In this document: positions 38,755 to 47,172 of the stretch, piece by piece
Position numbering within the stretch: the stretch's first letter is position 1
How the letters are laid out: each line of letters opens with the position of its first letter
Made by a program: the position numbers and the translations under genes
The notes under the pieces: generated by a model
What the model was told of the DNA's origin: nothing
The model's database searches: none
What the model saw: only the letters and a program-made list of their open reading frames with translations
Assembly (NCBI GenBank): GCA_035290625.1
Contig: DATDTY010000067.1
Coordinates: 1-51,139 of the forward strand
Direction: 5' to 3'
Length of the DNA stretch: 51,139 nt
Origin: Candidatus Nanoarchaeia archaeon
GTDB taxonomy: Archaea; Nanobdellota; Nanobdellia; Woesearchaeales; DATDTY01

Positions 38755-39711
38755 ATGCATATTGAAAAGCGAAAGGTTGGAAAGAAGATTAAGTATTTTC
38801 TTTCACATTCCTACAGAGAAGGCAAAAAAGTCCACAAATTCAGGAAATACATCGGGCAGAACTTAAAAATACAATTATTGGAAGAAAGAAGAACAATCGC
38901 TGAAAAGCTTATTTTGGAGGAGATACACCGCTACAAAATCATAAAAGACCCGCTCCGGGTGCAGCTTTCAGACGAAGAAATCACTGCAATAAGAAAACTT
39001 GAATTCAAGATACCGATAAAGCTAAGGCATTTGTCTGAAGGCCAATGGAAAGAATTCTCAGAGATATTCACCTATAACACCAATGCCATAGAAGGAAGCA
39101 AATTAAACCAAAGAGAGGTGCAGGATCTCCTGGAAAAGGATAAATGGCCCGACAAGTCAAAAGGGGATATTGCAGAAGCCTACGGAGTGGATGAGGCATT
39201 ACGGTTTATCAGAGGGACCAAGGAGCATCTATCCATAGAACTTAGCAAAAAAATACACAAGATTGTCTTCAAGAATTCAAAGCCATTTGCCGGGAAATTA
39301 AGGAAAAAAGGCGAAGAAGTTGTTGTTATGGACAGCAGCGGGAATGTTGTCCATGAAGGAGCCCCCCAACCCCGGATCAGCCATTTATTGAATGAGCTGG
39401 TTTCATGGTATGACAAGAACAAGACAGCATATCCTGCCTTGGTTCTTGGCGCAGTGATCCATAACCAATTCGAGAATATTCATCCGTTCAGGGATGGAAA
39501 CGGCAGGGTTGGCAGAATCTTGCTGAATAATATCCTGATTAAGCACAGCCTGCCTCCAATTAATATAGACTTAAAAAATAGGATGGAATACTACTCATCA
39601 TTGCAGTCATATGAAAAGAATCACGATCTAAGGCCTACTATAGATCTTTATTTGAAGGAGTATGCAAACTTAAGAAAAAAGCTGGGTGGCCACAAAACAA
39701 GGAAAATGTAG
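38755..39711 (+). CDS. Fic-family protein
   Basis: YNTNAIEG and the canonical HPFRDGNGRVGR motif. Confidence 0.93.
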   Translation: MHIEKRKVGKKIKYFLSHSYREGKKVHKFRKYIGQNLKIQLLEERRTIAEKLILEEIHRYKIIKDPLRVQLSDEEITAIRKLEFKIPIKLRHLSEGQWKEFSEIFTYNTNAIEGSKLNQREVQDLLEKDKWPDKSKGDIAEAYGVDEALRFIRGTKEHLSIELSKKIHKIVFKNSKPFAGKLRKKGEEVVVMDSSGNVVHEGAPQPRISHLLNELVSWYDKNKTAYPALVLGAVIHNQFENIHPFRDGNGRVGRILLNNILIKHSLPPINIDLKNRMEYYSSLQSYEKNHDLRPTIDLYLKEYANLRKKLGGHKTRKM

Positions 39712-39717
39712 ACACCT

Positions 39718-39770
39718 AAGCTTGTCCGCTTCTGCATCAGGCATTTTAATGATTATAAGCTGGAATTATA
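39718..39770 (+). repeat. 53-bp direct repeat, right copy
   Basis: Matches 38590-38642; encodes KLVRFCIRHFNDYKLEL*. Confidence 0.9.
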
Positions 39771-39876
39771 AGAAGGTATTCTGAAATCTTGAGGCAACCG
39801 GGTTAAGTCAACACGCGTGTGTTGACTTAACCGATGATTGCAAAGGCTTTTAAATGTAAATGGGATTAGATACTGT

Positions 39877-40077
39877 ATGGTGGGCACTCGTATCAAGGAC
39901 AAGAGGGGCAGATTTATAGGTATTTTCGGAAATGTGCCTGAAACATTGAGGGATGATATTATAGTTACTTTGGACAAGAAGCCTTACACTTGGAACACTG
40001 CCTTTTTGGAGATCAAGGACAACACCAGTCTGGGAAAGAAACTATTAAAAAGACTGGAGGAATTGGATATCCTATGA
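39877..40077 (+). CDS. Small hypothetical protein (gene 1 of a three-gene module)
   Basis: ATG about 22 nt after TTTTAAAT; ATGA-coupled to the next gene. Confidence 0.65.
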   Translation: MVGTRIKDKRGRFIGIFGNVPETLRDDIIVTLDKKPYTWNTAFLEIKDNTSLGKKLLKRLEELDIL

Positions 40078-40316
40078 GCGCTAAAATATCTGAAAGCATG
40101 AAAGAACTGGTTATAACCAAGATAGAGTCACATATGCCCTCTCACCTCAAGCTTTCTATAGGCTCTTACGGGAATCTCAGCAAAGAGGAGATGATAGAGC
40201 ATGTCAAGAAAGGGGATGAGATAGGCCAGCAGATTGTCAGGGTACATATGTCCTTCTTGAAGGCTGTTGCAAGCGGGGAATTTGCCAGAAAGATGGTTTC
40301 TGTGGAAAATGGATAA
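40074..40316 (+). CDS. Small hypothetical protein (gene 2 of the module)
   Basis: MSAKISESMKELVITKIE...EHVKKGDEIGQQI; overlaps both neighbours. Confidence 0.7.
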   Translation: MSAKISESMKELVITKIESHMPSHLKLSIGSYGNLSKEEMIEHVKKGDEIGQQIVRVHMSFLKAVASGEFARKMVSVENG

Positions 40317-40950
40317 AGGAATGATTATAACCCTGCCTCGTAACGATTACGTAACTGAATACATTTCACAATATTCAATAGAAATCATAAATCAAGCTCG
40401 GATTAAGGGGGTGCCTGTCAAGGAATTAAAAGACAAGAATGCAAATAGGGAGGAATTTGAATCTGTTCTCAGGAAGCTTAACTATTCCCTGATAGTCTTT
40501 AATGGGCATGGGTCTGAAGTATCTATAGAGGGACAGAATGGGGTTCTTGCGGACAAAGCGAACTCATCCTTACTTAAAGAAAGAATTACCTATGCACGAT
40601 CCTGTAGTGCTGGGAGTATCTTGGGAAGGATCTGTATGAAAGATTCCAAGAAGGGATGTTTTATCGGATATACGCTTCCGTTCATGTTCTATGTGGATTC
40701 GAATTGGATTTCAACTCCCCGGAAGGATAGCGTTGCTCCTTTATTTCTAGAGCCGTCAAATTTGGTTGCTATCTCTCTGTTAAAAGGGAATTCAGCTCTT
40801 CACGCGCATGAAAACAGTAAGAAACAGATGTTAAAGAATATTAATAAAGTTTTAAGGAGGGGAGGTAATGAATCCTTTTTGTTTGCACAAGCTTTATGGA
40901 ATAATTACCTAGGCCAAGTGCTCATAGGTAATCCATCTGCAGTAATGTGA
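40309..40950 (+). CDS. Caspase/gingipain (clan CD)-like protease (gene 3 of the module)
   Basis: LIVFNGHG and TYARSC give the His-Gly/Cys dyad pattern; FIGY follows. Confidence 0.6.
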   Translation: MDKGMIITLPRNDYVTEYISQYSIEIINQARIKGVPVKELKDKNANREEFESVLRKLNYSLIVFNGHGSEVSIEGQNGVLADKANSSLLKERITYARSCSAGSILGRICMKDSKKGCFIGYTLPFMFYVDSNWISTPRKDSVAPLFLEPSNLVAISLLKGNSALHAHENSKKQMLKNINKVLRRGGNESFLFAQALWNNYLGQVLIGNPSAVM

Positions 40951-40953
40951 TTT

Positions 40954-41871
40954 TTACTGTGATTGCTTATGCCCTTCTCCAATCAATTGTTTTATGCCTG
41001 AATAGCCTCTTTCTTTCATCCATGCTTCCATCTCAGAGCAGACTTTCTTAAAAACATCCATCCCTCTATAATGCACTGCAGTGCCAATCCCCAAAGCAGT
41101 AGCTCCTGCCATGAGCATCTCAATAGCATCTTTGCCGTAGGTTATCCCTCCGGTTCCGATAACAGGAATATCAACTGTTTCATAGACTTGGTAAACGCAC
41201 CTTACTGCAATCGGCTTTATTGCAGGGCCGCTTAATCCTCCTGTCTTGAAGGAAAGGACCGGCTTCTTAGCATCAATATCTATAAGCATGCCGGGCCCTG
41301 CTGAGTTAATAGCAGTAATAGCGTCAGCTCCTGCCTCTTCCGCTGCCTTGGCAACAGATGCAATATTCTCTGTAGGAGAAAGCTTGGCTGACACCGGAAT
41401 CTTTCCAACTGCGTTTTTCACAGTTTCAACCACTTTTCCCGTCATAGAAGGATCAGTGCAGAACAGGACATCATTCTTTGAAGTGTTCGGGCAGGACATG
41501 TTGACTTCGATCATCTCTGGCTTTTTTTCAGCAATAAAGGAAGAAATTTCTGAGAACTTTTCAATAGTTGGTGCATATATTGATGCGATCAATGGGAAAT
41601 CCCTTTTCCTGAGCTCCTGCCATTCCTCCTCCATGTTCTTATATCCTGGCCCAGGCAATCCTACGCAATTGATCATCCCATGCTCCCAGACCAATATCTT
41701 GGGATTCTGGTGGCCTTTTCTCTCAACCATGCCGATGGACTTCATGGTTACAGCTCCTGCCCCTCCTTCCTTCACCACTCTTTTGAGGATAGGAGCGCCC
41801 ATTCCGAGAATTCCAGAAGCTAATATTGTCGGGTTAGAAAGGGTTATGTTGCAGAGCTTGGTTTGGAGCAT
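40954..41871 (-). CDS. pyrD: Dihydroorotate dehydrogenase 1B catalytic subunit
   Basis: NPTILASG, NMSCPN, KLSP, GGLSGPAIKP and IGTGGI motifs. Confidence 0.95.
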   Translation of the reverse strand: MLQTKLCNITLSNPTILASGILGMGAPILKRVVKEGGAGAVTMKSIGMVERKGHQNPKILVWEHGMINCVGLPGPGYKNMEEEWQELRKRDFPLIASIYAPTIEKFSEISSFIAEKKPEMIEVNMSCPNTSKNDVLFCTDPSMTGKVVETVKNAVGKIPVSAKLSPTENIASVAKAAEEAGADAITAINSAGPGMLIDIDAKKPVLSFKTGGLSGPAIKPIAVRCVYQVYETVDIPVIGTGGITYGKDAIEMLMAGATALGIGTAVHYRGMDVFKKVCSEMEAWMKERGYSGIKQLIGEGHKQSQ

Positions 41872-41914
41872 AGAAACAGGAAATGCTGGCTTGATTAATA
41901 AAGGTTTGGTGGGC

Positions 41915-42448
41915 TCACTTCATAAGCTCTCTTGGAACTTCAAACTCCTGTTCAGAATACACGATATCCTCGGTCTGGGAGATGCATCTTTTGCAGATAT
42001 CCATCATCATCGAATACTTCTCTATGATCTCCTGGCTTTGCACCGAAGAACCATATCGCGCATCCTCCCTTTCATCTACGATGCTTCGTTGTTCCTTTTC
42101 GCTATGCACAGTAATCCGGTCAATGAAGTCTCCATCATAGTCTATGAGGCCTTTCTCCTTAATGTATTTCAGGAACAATGCAGTGCATCTCTGGCTCCTG
42201 CTCTCTACTCCGAATTTCGCAAGGATCGCCAAAGCGCAATAGTACAAAGTGTAAAACCATTCTTCAGGAATCTTGTAATCCAGTCGTCTGGCCTTGAATA
42301 AATCGCACGTGGCAAGATTTGTTTTTGCCTTGCTGATGTATTCTTCCGCTTTCTTATCATTTCTCCTGACGATCAGCAGCCCTTTGTGCTTCTTTCCTTT
42401 CTCTTCAGCCTTTTTGGCATTTACAAAGCAGTCTCTTGTCTTATCCAT
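41915..42448 (-). CDS. HEPN-domain protein, pair 2
   Basis: FYTLYYCALAIL...REDARY. Confidence 0.8.
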   Translation of the reverse strand: MDKTRDCFVNAKKAEEKGKKHKGLLIVRRNDKKAEEYISKAKTNLATCDLFKARRLDYKIPEEWFYTLYYCALAILAKFGVESRSQRCTALFLKYIKEKGLIDYDGDFIDRITVHSEKEQRSIVDEREDARYGSSVQSQEIIEKYSMMMDICKRCISQTEDIVYSEQEFEVPRELMK

Positions 42449-43040
42449 GTATCTTCCTCATAATCCTGATAAAACTCTCCTGTCCAAACAGGACAACTCC
42501 TTTTTTCACTGCGGCAATAAAGGCTTCATTGGGCTTCTGAAGCTCTTTCCTGAATTCTTTCTCGGTGAAGTGTACTGCATGGATCTTCCTGTCTGCTGTC
42601 CTCTGGATCGTATCCAATGCCTTCTGTATCGGGGTGAATTTGTCTTTTCTTGCAACTCCAATGATATCTATATCATGTGCCTGCTTAGGAGAATGGAGAA
42701 TGCTTCCGTAAAGGATGAGAAAATCAGTCTTGGATCCAAGTTCTGCAAAATCTGCCTGCCATCTCCTCTGTTCCATGGCTTCCTCCGCCAGATACAAGGC
42801 AAGAGCTTTTTCCATTAATGTGCTCTCCCAATTGAGGCTTATCGTATAGGTGCTTGTCTTTCCGCTTCCGATGGGGTTGAGATTGATGTATCTTTTCCTC
42901 TCAAGCTTCTTGAGAACCTTCCACATGCCAACACGGCTCATCTTCAATTCTCTGGCAAGAGACGTGATGGTGTGATGCATTGAGGGGTCTTTAAGTAAAG
43001 CTCTTAGCACGGATTTGGAGATGTTTTTCTCTATTTCCAT
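42441..43040 (-). CDS. wHTH-MNT, pair 2
   Basis: HTH TITSLARELKMSR; LYGS...HDIDII. Confidence 0.82.
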   Translation of the reverse strand: MEIEKNISKSVLRALLKDPSMHHTITSLARELKMSRVGMWKVLKKLERKRYINLNPIGSGKTSTYTISLNWESTLMEKALALYLAEEAMEQRRWQADFAELGSKTDFLILYGSILHSPKQAHDIDIIGVARKDKFTPIQKALDTIQRTADRKIHAVHFTEKEFRKELQKPNEAFIAAVKKGVVLFGQESFIRIMRKIHG

Positions 43041-43097
43041 TTTGTTAATAACTATTAACTAGATGTTGACAGGTATATATAAACGTTTCTATTCTCA

Positions 43098-43261
43098 GGT
43101 GGCATTGAAAAGTTGCTCGCTTCGCTCGGCAGCGCCAGGTTCGCCATGCGCAAGTCAGGAAGAATAGCGACATTCCCCGAAGGGGGCAACCCCATTGTCG
43201 CTCTGCTGTCTTATTTTAAGATGGCTCACAAGAGGGCGCTGCATGACTTTTCAATGCCACC
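43098..43261. mobile_element. Structured repeat/MITE family A, copy 3 (complete, with 8-bp TSD)
   Basis: Perfect 16-bp TIR GGTGGCATTGAAAAGT/ACTTTTCAATGCCACC; TATTCTCA at 43090-43097 and 43262-43269. Confidence 0.9.
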
Positions 43262-43404
43262 TATTCTCAATACCCTACTGGAAGATGGAATGTCATAATA
43301 ACCACAGTACCCTCAACGCGTTCAAGATGGTTGGGAAATCTCAATTTGACGGAGACTTTACGGGATCATACCGGGATACCGCAGGAGGAATGATGTTAAA
43401 CTTT

Positions 43405-44301
43405 CTACAGATGCTGCACCACCGGCAGGCTCTTCACAGGCGCTCCGGAAGCATAAGAAACATATCTCTCGGCAAGCGACTTCGTGGGAGGGTTCATCCT
43501 GTCAAGGATCTTGAAATGCCGTATCCCTAAATCAAGATACTGCTGGATCTGCTCAGGCTCTATCCTGACATTGTCAATCGATTCCATGGTGTGGGAATCG
43601 CATAAGCCCAGGCCTTGCAAATGGCTCAGGCAAAGCTCCCCAGGATCCTCTCCCTCAATCGCTCTCCTATTCATCCCGCTTATAAGGTCATAATGCTTCG
43701 GTATCTTTCCGCAGCCCTTGAAGCAGAAGGAGTTTGCAATCAGCTCTATCTTCCCCACAGGCAGCCTTCTTATAAATTCTCTTTTATCATTCAGCTGTTC
43801 TGGAAGAACGACAACATCAAACTCACTGCAGAGCCCGAGGATTGATTTTTCAGTCAGCGGATTGTAGATTCTGGAAGCTCTTCTTGTGAATTTTGGAAAA
43901 TTCTGCTTGATGAATCCATGCAAGCTATCATTCGCCAGGATGACTCCGTTTTTCCTGGAATGGCAGCTTTCCAGGAGATTGAGAAATGCCTTGTTCTCAA
44001 AATCCTTATTTTCCACTAGTGTTGTGTTGAGAACGAAGTTAAAGCCGAGACCCGAATCATTGCATCGGTGGACAAACCCAATAAGGTCTTGCGTTGAAAT
44101 CTGGGGAACATTGAAGAATTCCCTTCCTCCATCGAACGGAATATCAGTCGAAATTCCGAAGAGAGAATCTATCCTCCCTCCGTACTTTTCGTTAATCTCC
44201 CTGGAATCTTCTATCTGCTCGTTCAGGAAGGATGCAGCAAGCGTGAACATGGCAAAGCCCAAGCAATGGCGATATATAAAGATTGGGTTTGTGGCTTGCA
44301 T
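43405..44301 (-). CDS. U32-peptidase-like putative Fe-S protein
   Basis: FNFVLN, ELIANSFCFKGC...H...C and HFKILDR motifs; start may be 44250. Confidence 0.6.
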   Translation of the reverse strand: MQATNPIFIYRHCLGFAMFTLAASFLNEQIEDSREINEKYGGRIDSLFGISTDIPFDGGREFFNVPQISTQDLIGFVHRCNDSGLGFNFVLNTTLVENKDFENKAFLNLLESCHSRKNGVILANDSLHGFIKQNFPKFTRRASRIYNPLTEKSILGLCSEFDVVVLPEQLNDKREFIRRLPVGKIELIANSFCFKGCGKIPKHYDLISGMNRRAIEGEDPGELCLSHLQGLGLCDSHTMESIDNVRIEPEQIQQYLDLGIRHFKILDRMNPPTKSLAERYVSYASGAPVKSLPVVQHL

Positions 44302-44304
44302 AAA

Positions 44305-45723
44305 TCAATTCATGGATGAGACTTCCTTTCCCTTGTTCTTATGCACCCCTCCCTCATCAAACACGACGTTTCCATTGCATATCGTCATGACAGGCCAGCC
44401 CTTCAGTGTCATTCCATGATACGGGCTCCATTTGCATTTGGTGTATTGCTTGCTGTTCTCTATTGTTCTCTCTCTATCGATGTCAACGATCACCAAATCA
44501 GCGTCATAGCCTTCTTTGATAAATCCTTTGTTTCTTAATCCAAAGATTGCAGCAGGATTGTTGCAGCAGAGCTCTATTATCTTTTTCAATGGTATTTTTT
44601 TCTTGTGATATGCGTTTAATAATAATGCCAGATAATTCTCAATGCCGGGAACTCCTGAAGGCGCTTCATGATACGGCTTTTCCTTCTCTGATCGTAGATG
44701 AGGAGCATGGTCTGTGCCAATTACGTCTATGGTTCCCTCCTTTATTCCTTCCCAGAGGCCGTCAACGTCTGCCTGGCCCCTCAGGCTAGGGTTCATCTTT
44801 GCGTAGTTCTTTTTTAGTTCCAAATCCTTGGCTGTGAGAAACAAGTGGTGGGGAGCTGTTTCTATGAAATATCTTTTATTTTTTAATGGGTTGGGAGTAT
44901 TTGAGGCTTCATTGGCGATGTTTGTTGTTTCTTTTCTTGAATTGTTTTCATTGATTGCTTTTTTGTTATTTATTTTTTCTTTTTTACTCATACTATCTGA
45001 TTCTTTGATTTTGGTGGGGTCATTGGCTTTTTTTAAGAGCTTGAGGGCATTGGCTGTCGAGACATGGCAGAAGTAGTGCTTGGACGGCGTGCCTTTGATT
45101 ATGTTCAATATTTTTTTTATGGCAACGATCTCTGCCTCTGCTGACCGTATATGGGAGTGGACGGAGTGGTCAGTCCTGCGCTTTAATGCCTCAGTGTTCT
45201 TGTCAATGGTTTCCTGATCTTCTGCATGCCAGAGGATGAGCGGAACTGCGTTTGCAAGCTGCCTGAGGTATTTTGGGTCAGAGACCCCCATGTTTCCTGT
45301 TGAATGGCCGAAGTACACCTTGACTGCAAGCCCGGATGCTTTGGCCTGGTCTAGATTCCCTAAAGCAGCTCCGAAATGGAACCCGTAGCTGATGATGGAC
45401 TTCCTCGCAGCCCTTCTCTTCAGCTCTAAGGCTTTGAGGCTTGTTGTTGGGGGAGAGCTGTTGGGCATGTCAAAGACTGTGGTAACCCCTCCTGCTGCTG
45501 CAGCGCAGCTTCCAGTGTAGAAATCCTCTTTTGCCTTCTGGCCTAAATCCCTAAAATGGGCATGAGGGTCTATCAGCCCGGGAAAAACATAGCTCCCTTT
45601 CGCATCAATCTCTTTGGCTGCATGCAGGCGCTTTCCAATGCGAGCTATCTTTCCTGCCTTAATCAGGATGTCTCTTTCAGAGAACTCTTCTCCGACGAGT
45701 ATACAGGCGCTTCGGATGAGCAT
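44305..45723 (-). CDS. pyrC: Dihydroorotase with a low-complexity insertion
   Basis: PGLIDPHAH, DMPN, HAE, CHVST, KMNPSLR and GTDHAPH motifs. Confidence 0.93.
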   Translation of the reverse strand: MLIRSACILVGEEFSERDILIKAGKIARIGKRLHAAKEIDAKGSYVFPGLIDPHAHFRDLGQKAKEDFYTGSCAAAAGGVTTVFDMPNSSPPTTSLKALELKRRAARKSIISYGFHFGAALGNLDQAKASGLAVKVYFGHSTGNMGVSDPKYLRQLANAVPLILWHAEDQETIDKNTEALKRRTDHSVHSHIRSAEAEIVAIKKILNIIKGTPSKHYFCHVSTANALKLLKKANDPTKIKESDSMSKKEKINNKKAINENNSRKETTNIANEASNTPNPLKNKRYFIETAPHHLFLTAKDLELKKNYAKMNPSLRGQADVDGLWEGIKEGTIDVIGTDHAPHLRSEKEKPYHEAPSGVPGIENYLALLLNAYHKKKIPLKKIIELCCNNPAAIFGLRNKGFIKEGYDADLVIVDIDRERTIENSKQYTKCKWSPYHGMTLKGWPVMTICNGNVVFDEGGVHKNKGKEVSSMN

Positions 45724-46015
45724 GGAAATCTATAATACCTGCTACTTTATAAAACGTTCCTCCTCCCTCCTTTGCCACAACGCGCATGAGATTTATGATG
45801 CTCTAGAGAAGAAGCCGGCTGAATTTGGTCATATGATCGTGCACGGAATAATAACGGATATTGTAAGGAAAAGAATCTTCATGCAGCCAGTTGAGCCAAA
45901 GAAAGGCAATGCAGCAAGGCCTCGAAAGGTTGATGAGCGTTTTCTGGAGTATTTTTCAAGGAAAGAATAGAAAAGTTTATATATATGGTATTAAACCATA
46001 ATAGTATTACCTAAG

Positions 46016-46588
46016 ATGGATAATGAAAAACTGAATATACTTAAACTGCTGATTGAAAACCAGGAAGATCCCTTCAGCATAAGAAGAATCTCACAACTAA
46101 GGAAGATTAACTATAAATCAGCGTATTACGCATTAAAAAAGCTGCAACAGGAAGGCATCGTTAGCCTTAAGCATTCTGGAAACACCACCCTTTGCTCTTT
46201 TAACATGGCTTTCAATGATTCTGTCTTTACCGTCGAATCTGAGAGAAGGAGGGGGCTTTTGGAAGACAAGAATCTTTTAGTGATGTACAACGACTTGCGC
46301 AGAGTAAACGTGCCATTTATATTGCTTTTGTTTGGAAGCTATGCTAAAGGCAGGCAGACAAAGCATTCTGACATAGACCTGCTTGTAATCACAGAAGATT
46401 TTAAGCCAATAGGGCAGGCATTATCGCGTTTCCCTTTAAAGATTCACACAACTGACATAAGATACAAGGATTTTATGGAGATGCTAAAGAGCAGGGAGTT
46501 TACGGTTGTAAGCGAGGCAATAAAAAGGAATATAATCCTGATTGGTATAGAAGAATATTATAGGGTGATGGAAAACGCTAACAGATAA
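46016..46588 (+). CDS. wHTH-MNT, pair 3
   Basis: FSIRRISQLRKINYKSAY HTH; LFGSYAKG...SDIDLLVI. Confidence 0.9.
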   Translation: MDNEKLNILKLLIENQEDPFSIRRISQLRKINYKSAYYALKKLQQEGIVSLKHSGNTTLCSFNMAFNDSVFTVESERRRGLLEDKNLLVMYNDLRRVNVPFILLLFGSYAKGRQTKHSDIDLLVITEDFKPIGQALSRFPLKIHTTDIRYKDFMEMLKSREFTVVSEAIKRNIILIGIEEYYRVMENANR

Positions 46589-47099
46589 ACGGATAAAGGA
46601 AGCAAAAGATAATGTCAAAATGTATCTTTCAGACGGTCTTTTGACAAAAGCCGATTTTGACAGGCAGGTGTTTACTATACTGGAAAAGAATGCAAACGAA
46701 AGCCTGAGCGTGGCTGAAATTCTGTATAACGGAAAACACTCATGGCTTTGGGTAATCGTGATCTCTTATTATTCAATGTATTATATTGCCAATGCAGTTT
46801 TATTTAAGATGGGATATAAAGTTGGGGAAAAGATTTCGCATAAGGTTACAGCTGACAGCCTTATTGCTCTTGTAAGGGATAAACTTAAGGGGTCATTAAT
46901 AGAAGAATATGAAGAGATGCAAAAGGAGGCTCTTGCCGGGATAAAAGCCGATGAGCTTATGCAGGCTTTTGATTATGAGAGGGAAAAGAGAGGAATCTTC
47001 CAGTATACGACAAATGAGAGCGCAAAAGAAGCAAAAGCAAAGACTTCACTTGAGCGCGCAAAAGAATTTGTCATTGAAATGAAAAAATTAGCTGCTTAG
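46575..47099 (+). CDS. HEPN-domain protein, pair 3 (probable start ACG at 46575; first ATG at 46620)
   Basis: SYYSMYYIANAVL...SH...RGIFQY; frame open from 46575 behind a GGTGA SD. Confidence 0.82.
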   Translation, partial: TLTDKRIKEAKDNVKMYLSDGLLTKADFDRQVFTILEKNANESLSVAEILYNGKHSWLWVIVISYYSMYYIANAVLFKMGYKVGEKISHKVTADSLIALVRDKLKGSLIEEYEEMQKEALAGIKADELMQAFDYEREKRGIFQYTTNESAKEAKAKTSLERAKEFVIEMKKLAA

Positions 47100-47172
47100 A
47101 GCTGAATTACAATCATTTTTGATCTGTAAGCCGGTTTCTCACACTTGGTAGCAAAACAAGAGCGACGAAGTC

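Noticed and set aside
45614..45970. 118-aa ORF upstream of MNT pair 3
   Set aside because: It overlaps the pyrC start and promoter and has no recognisable domain; at most a gene remnant.
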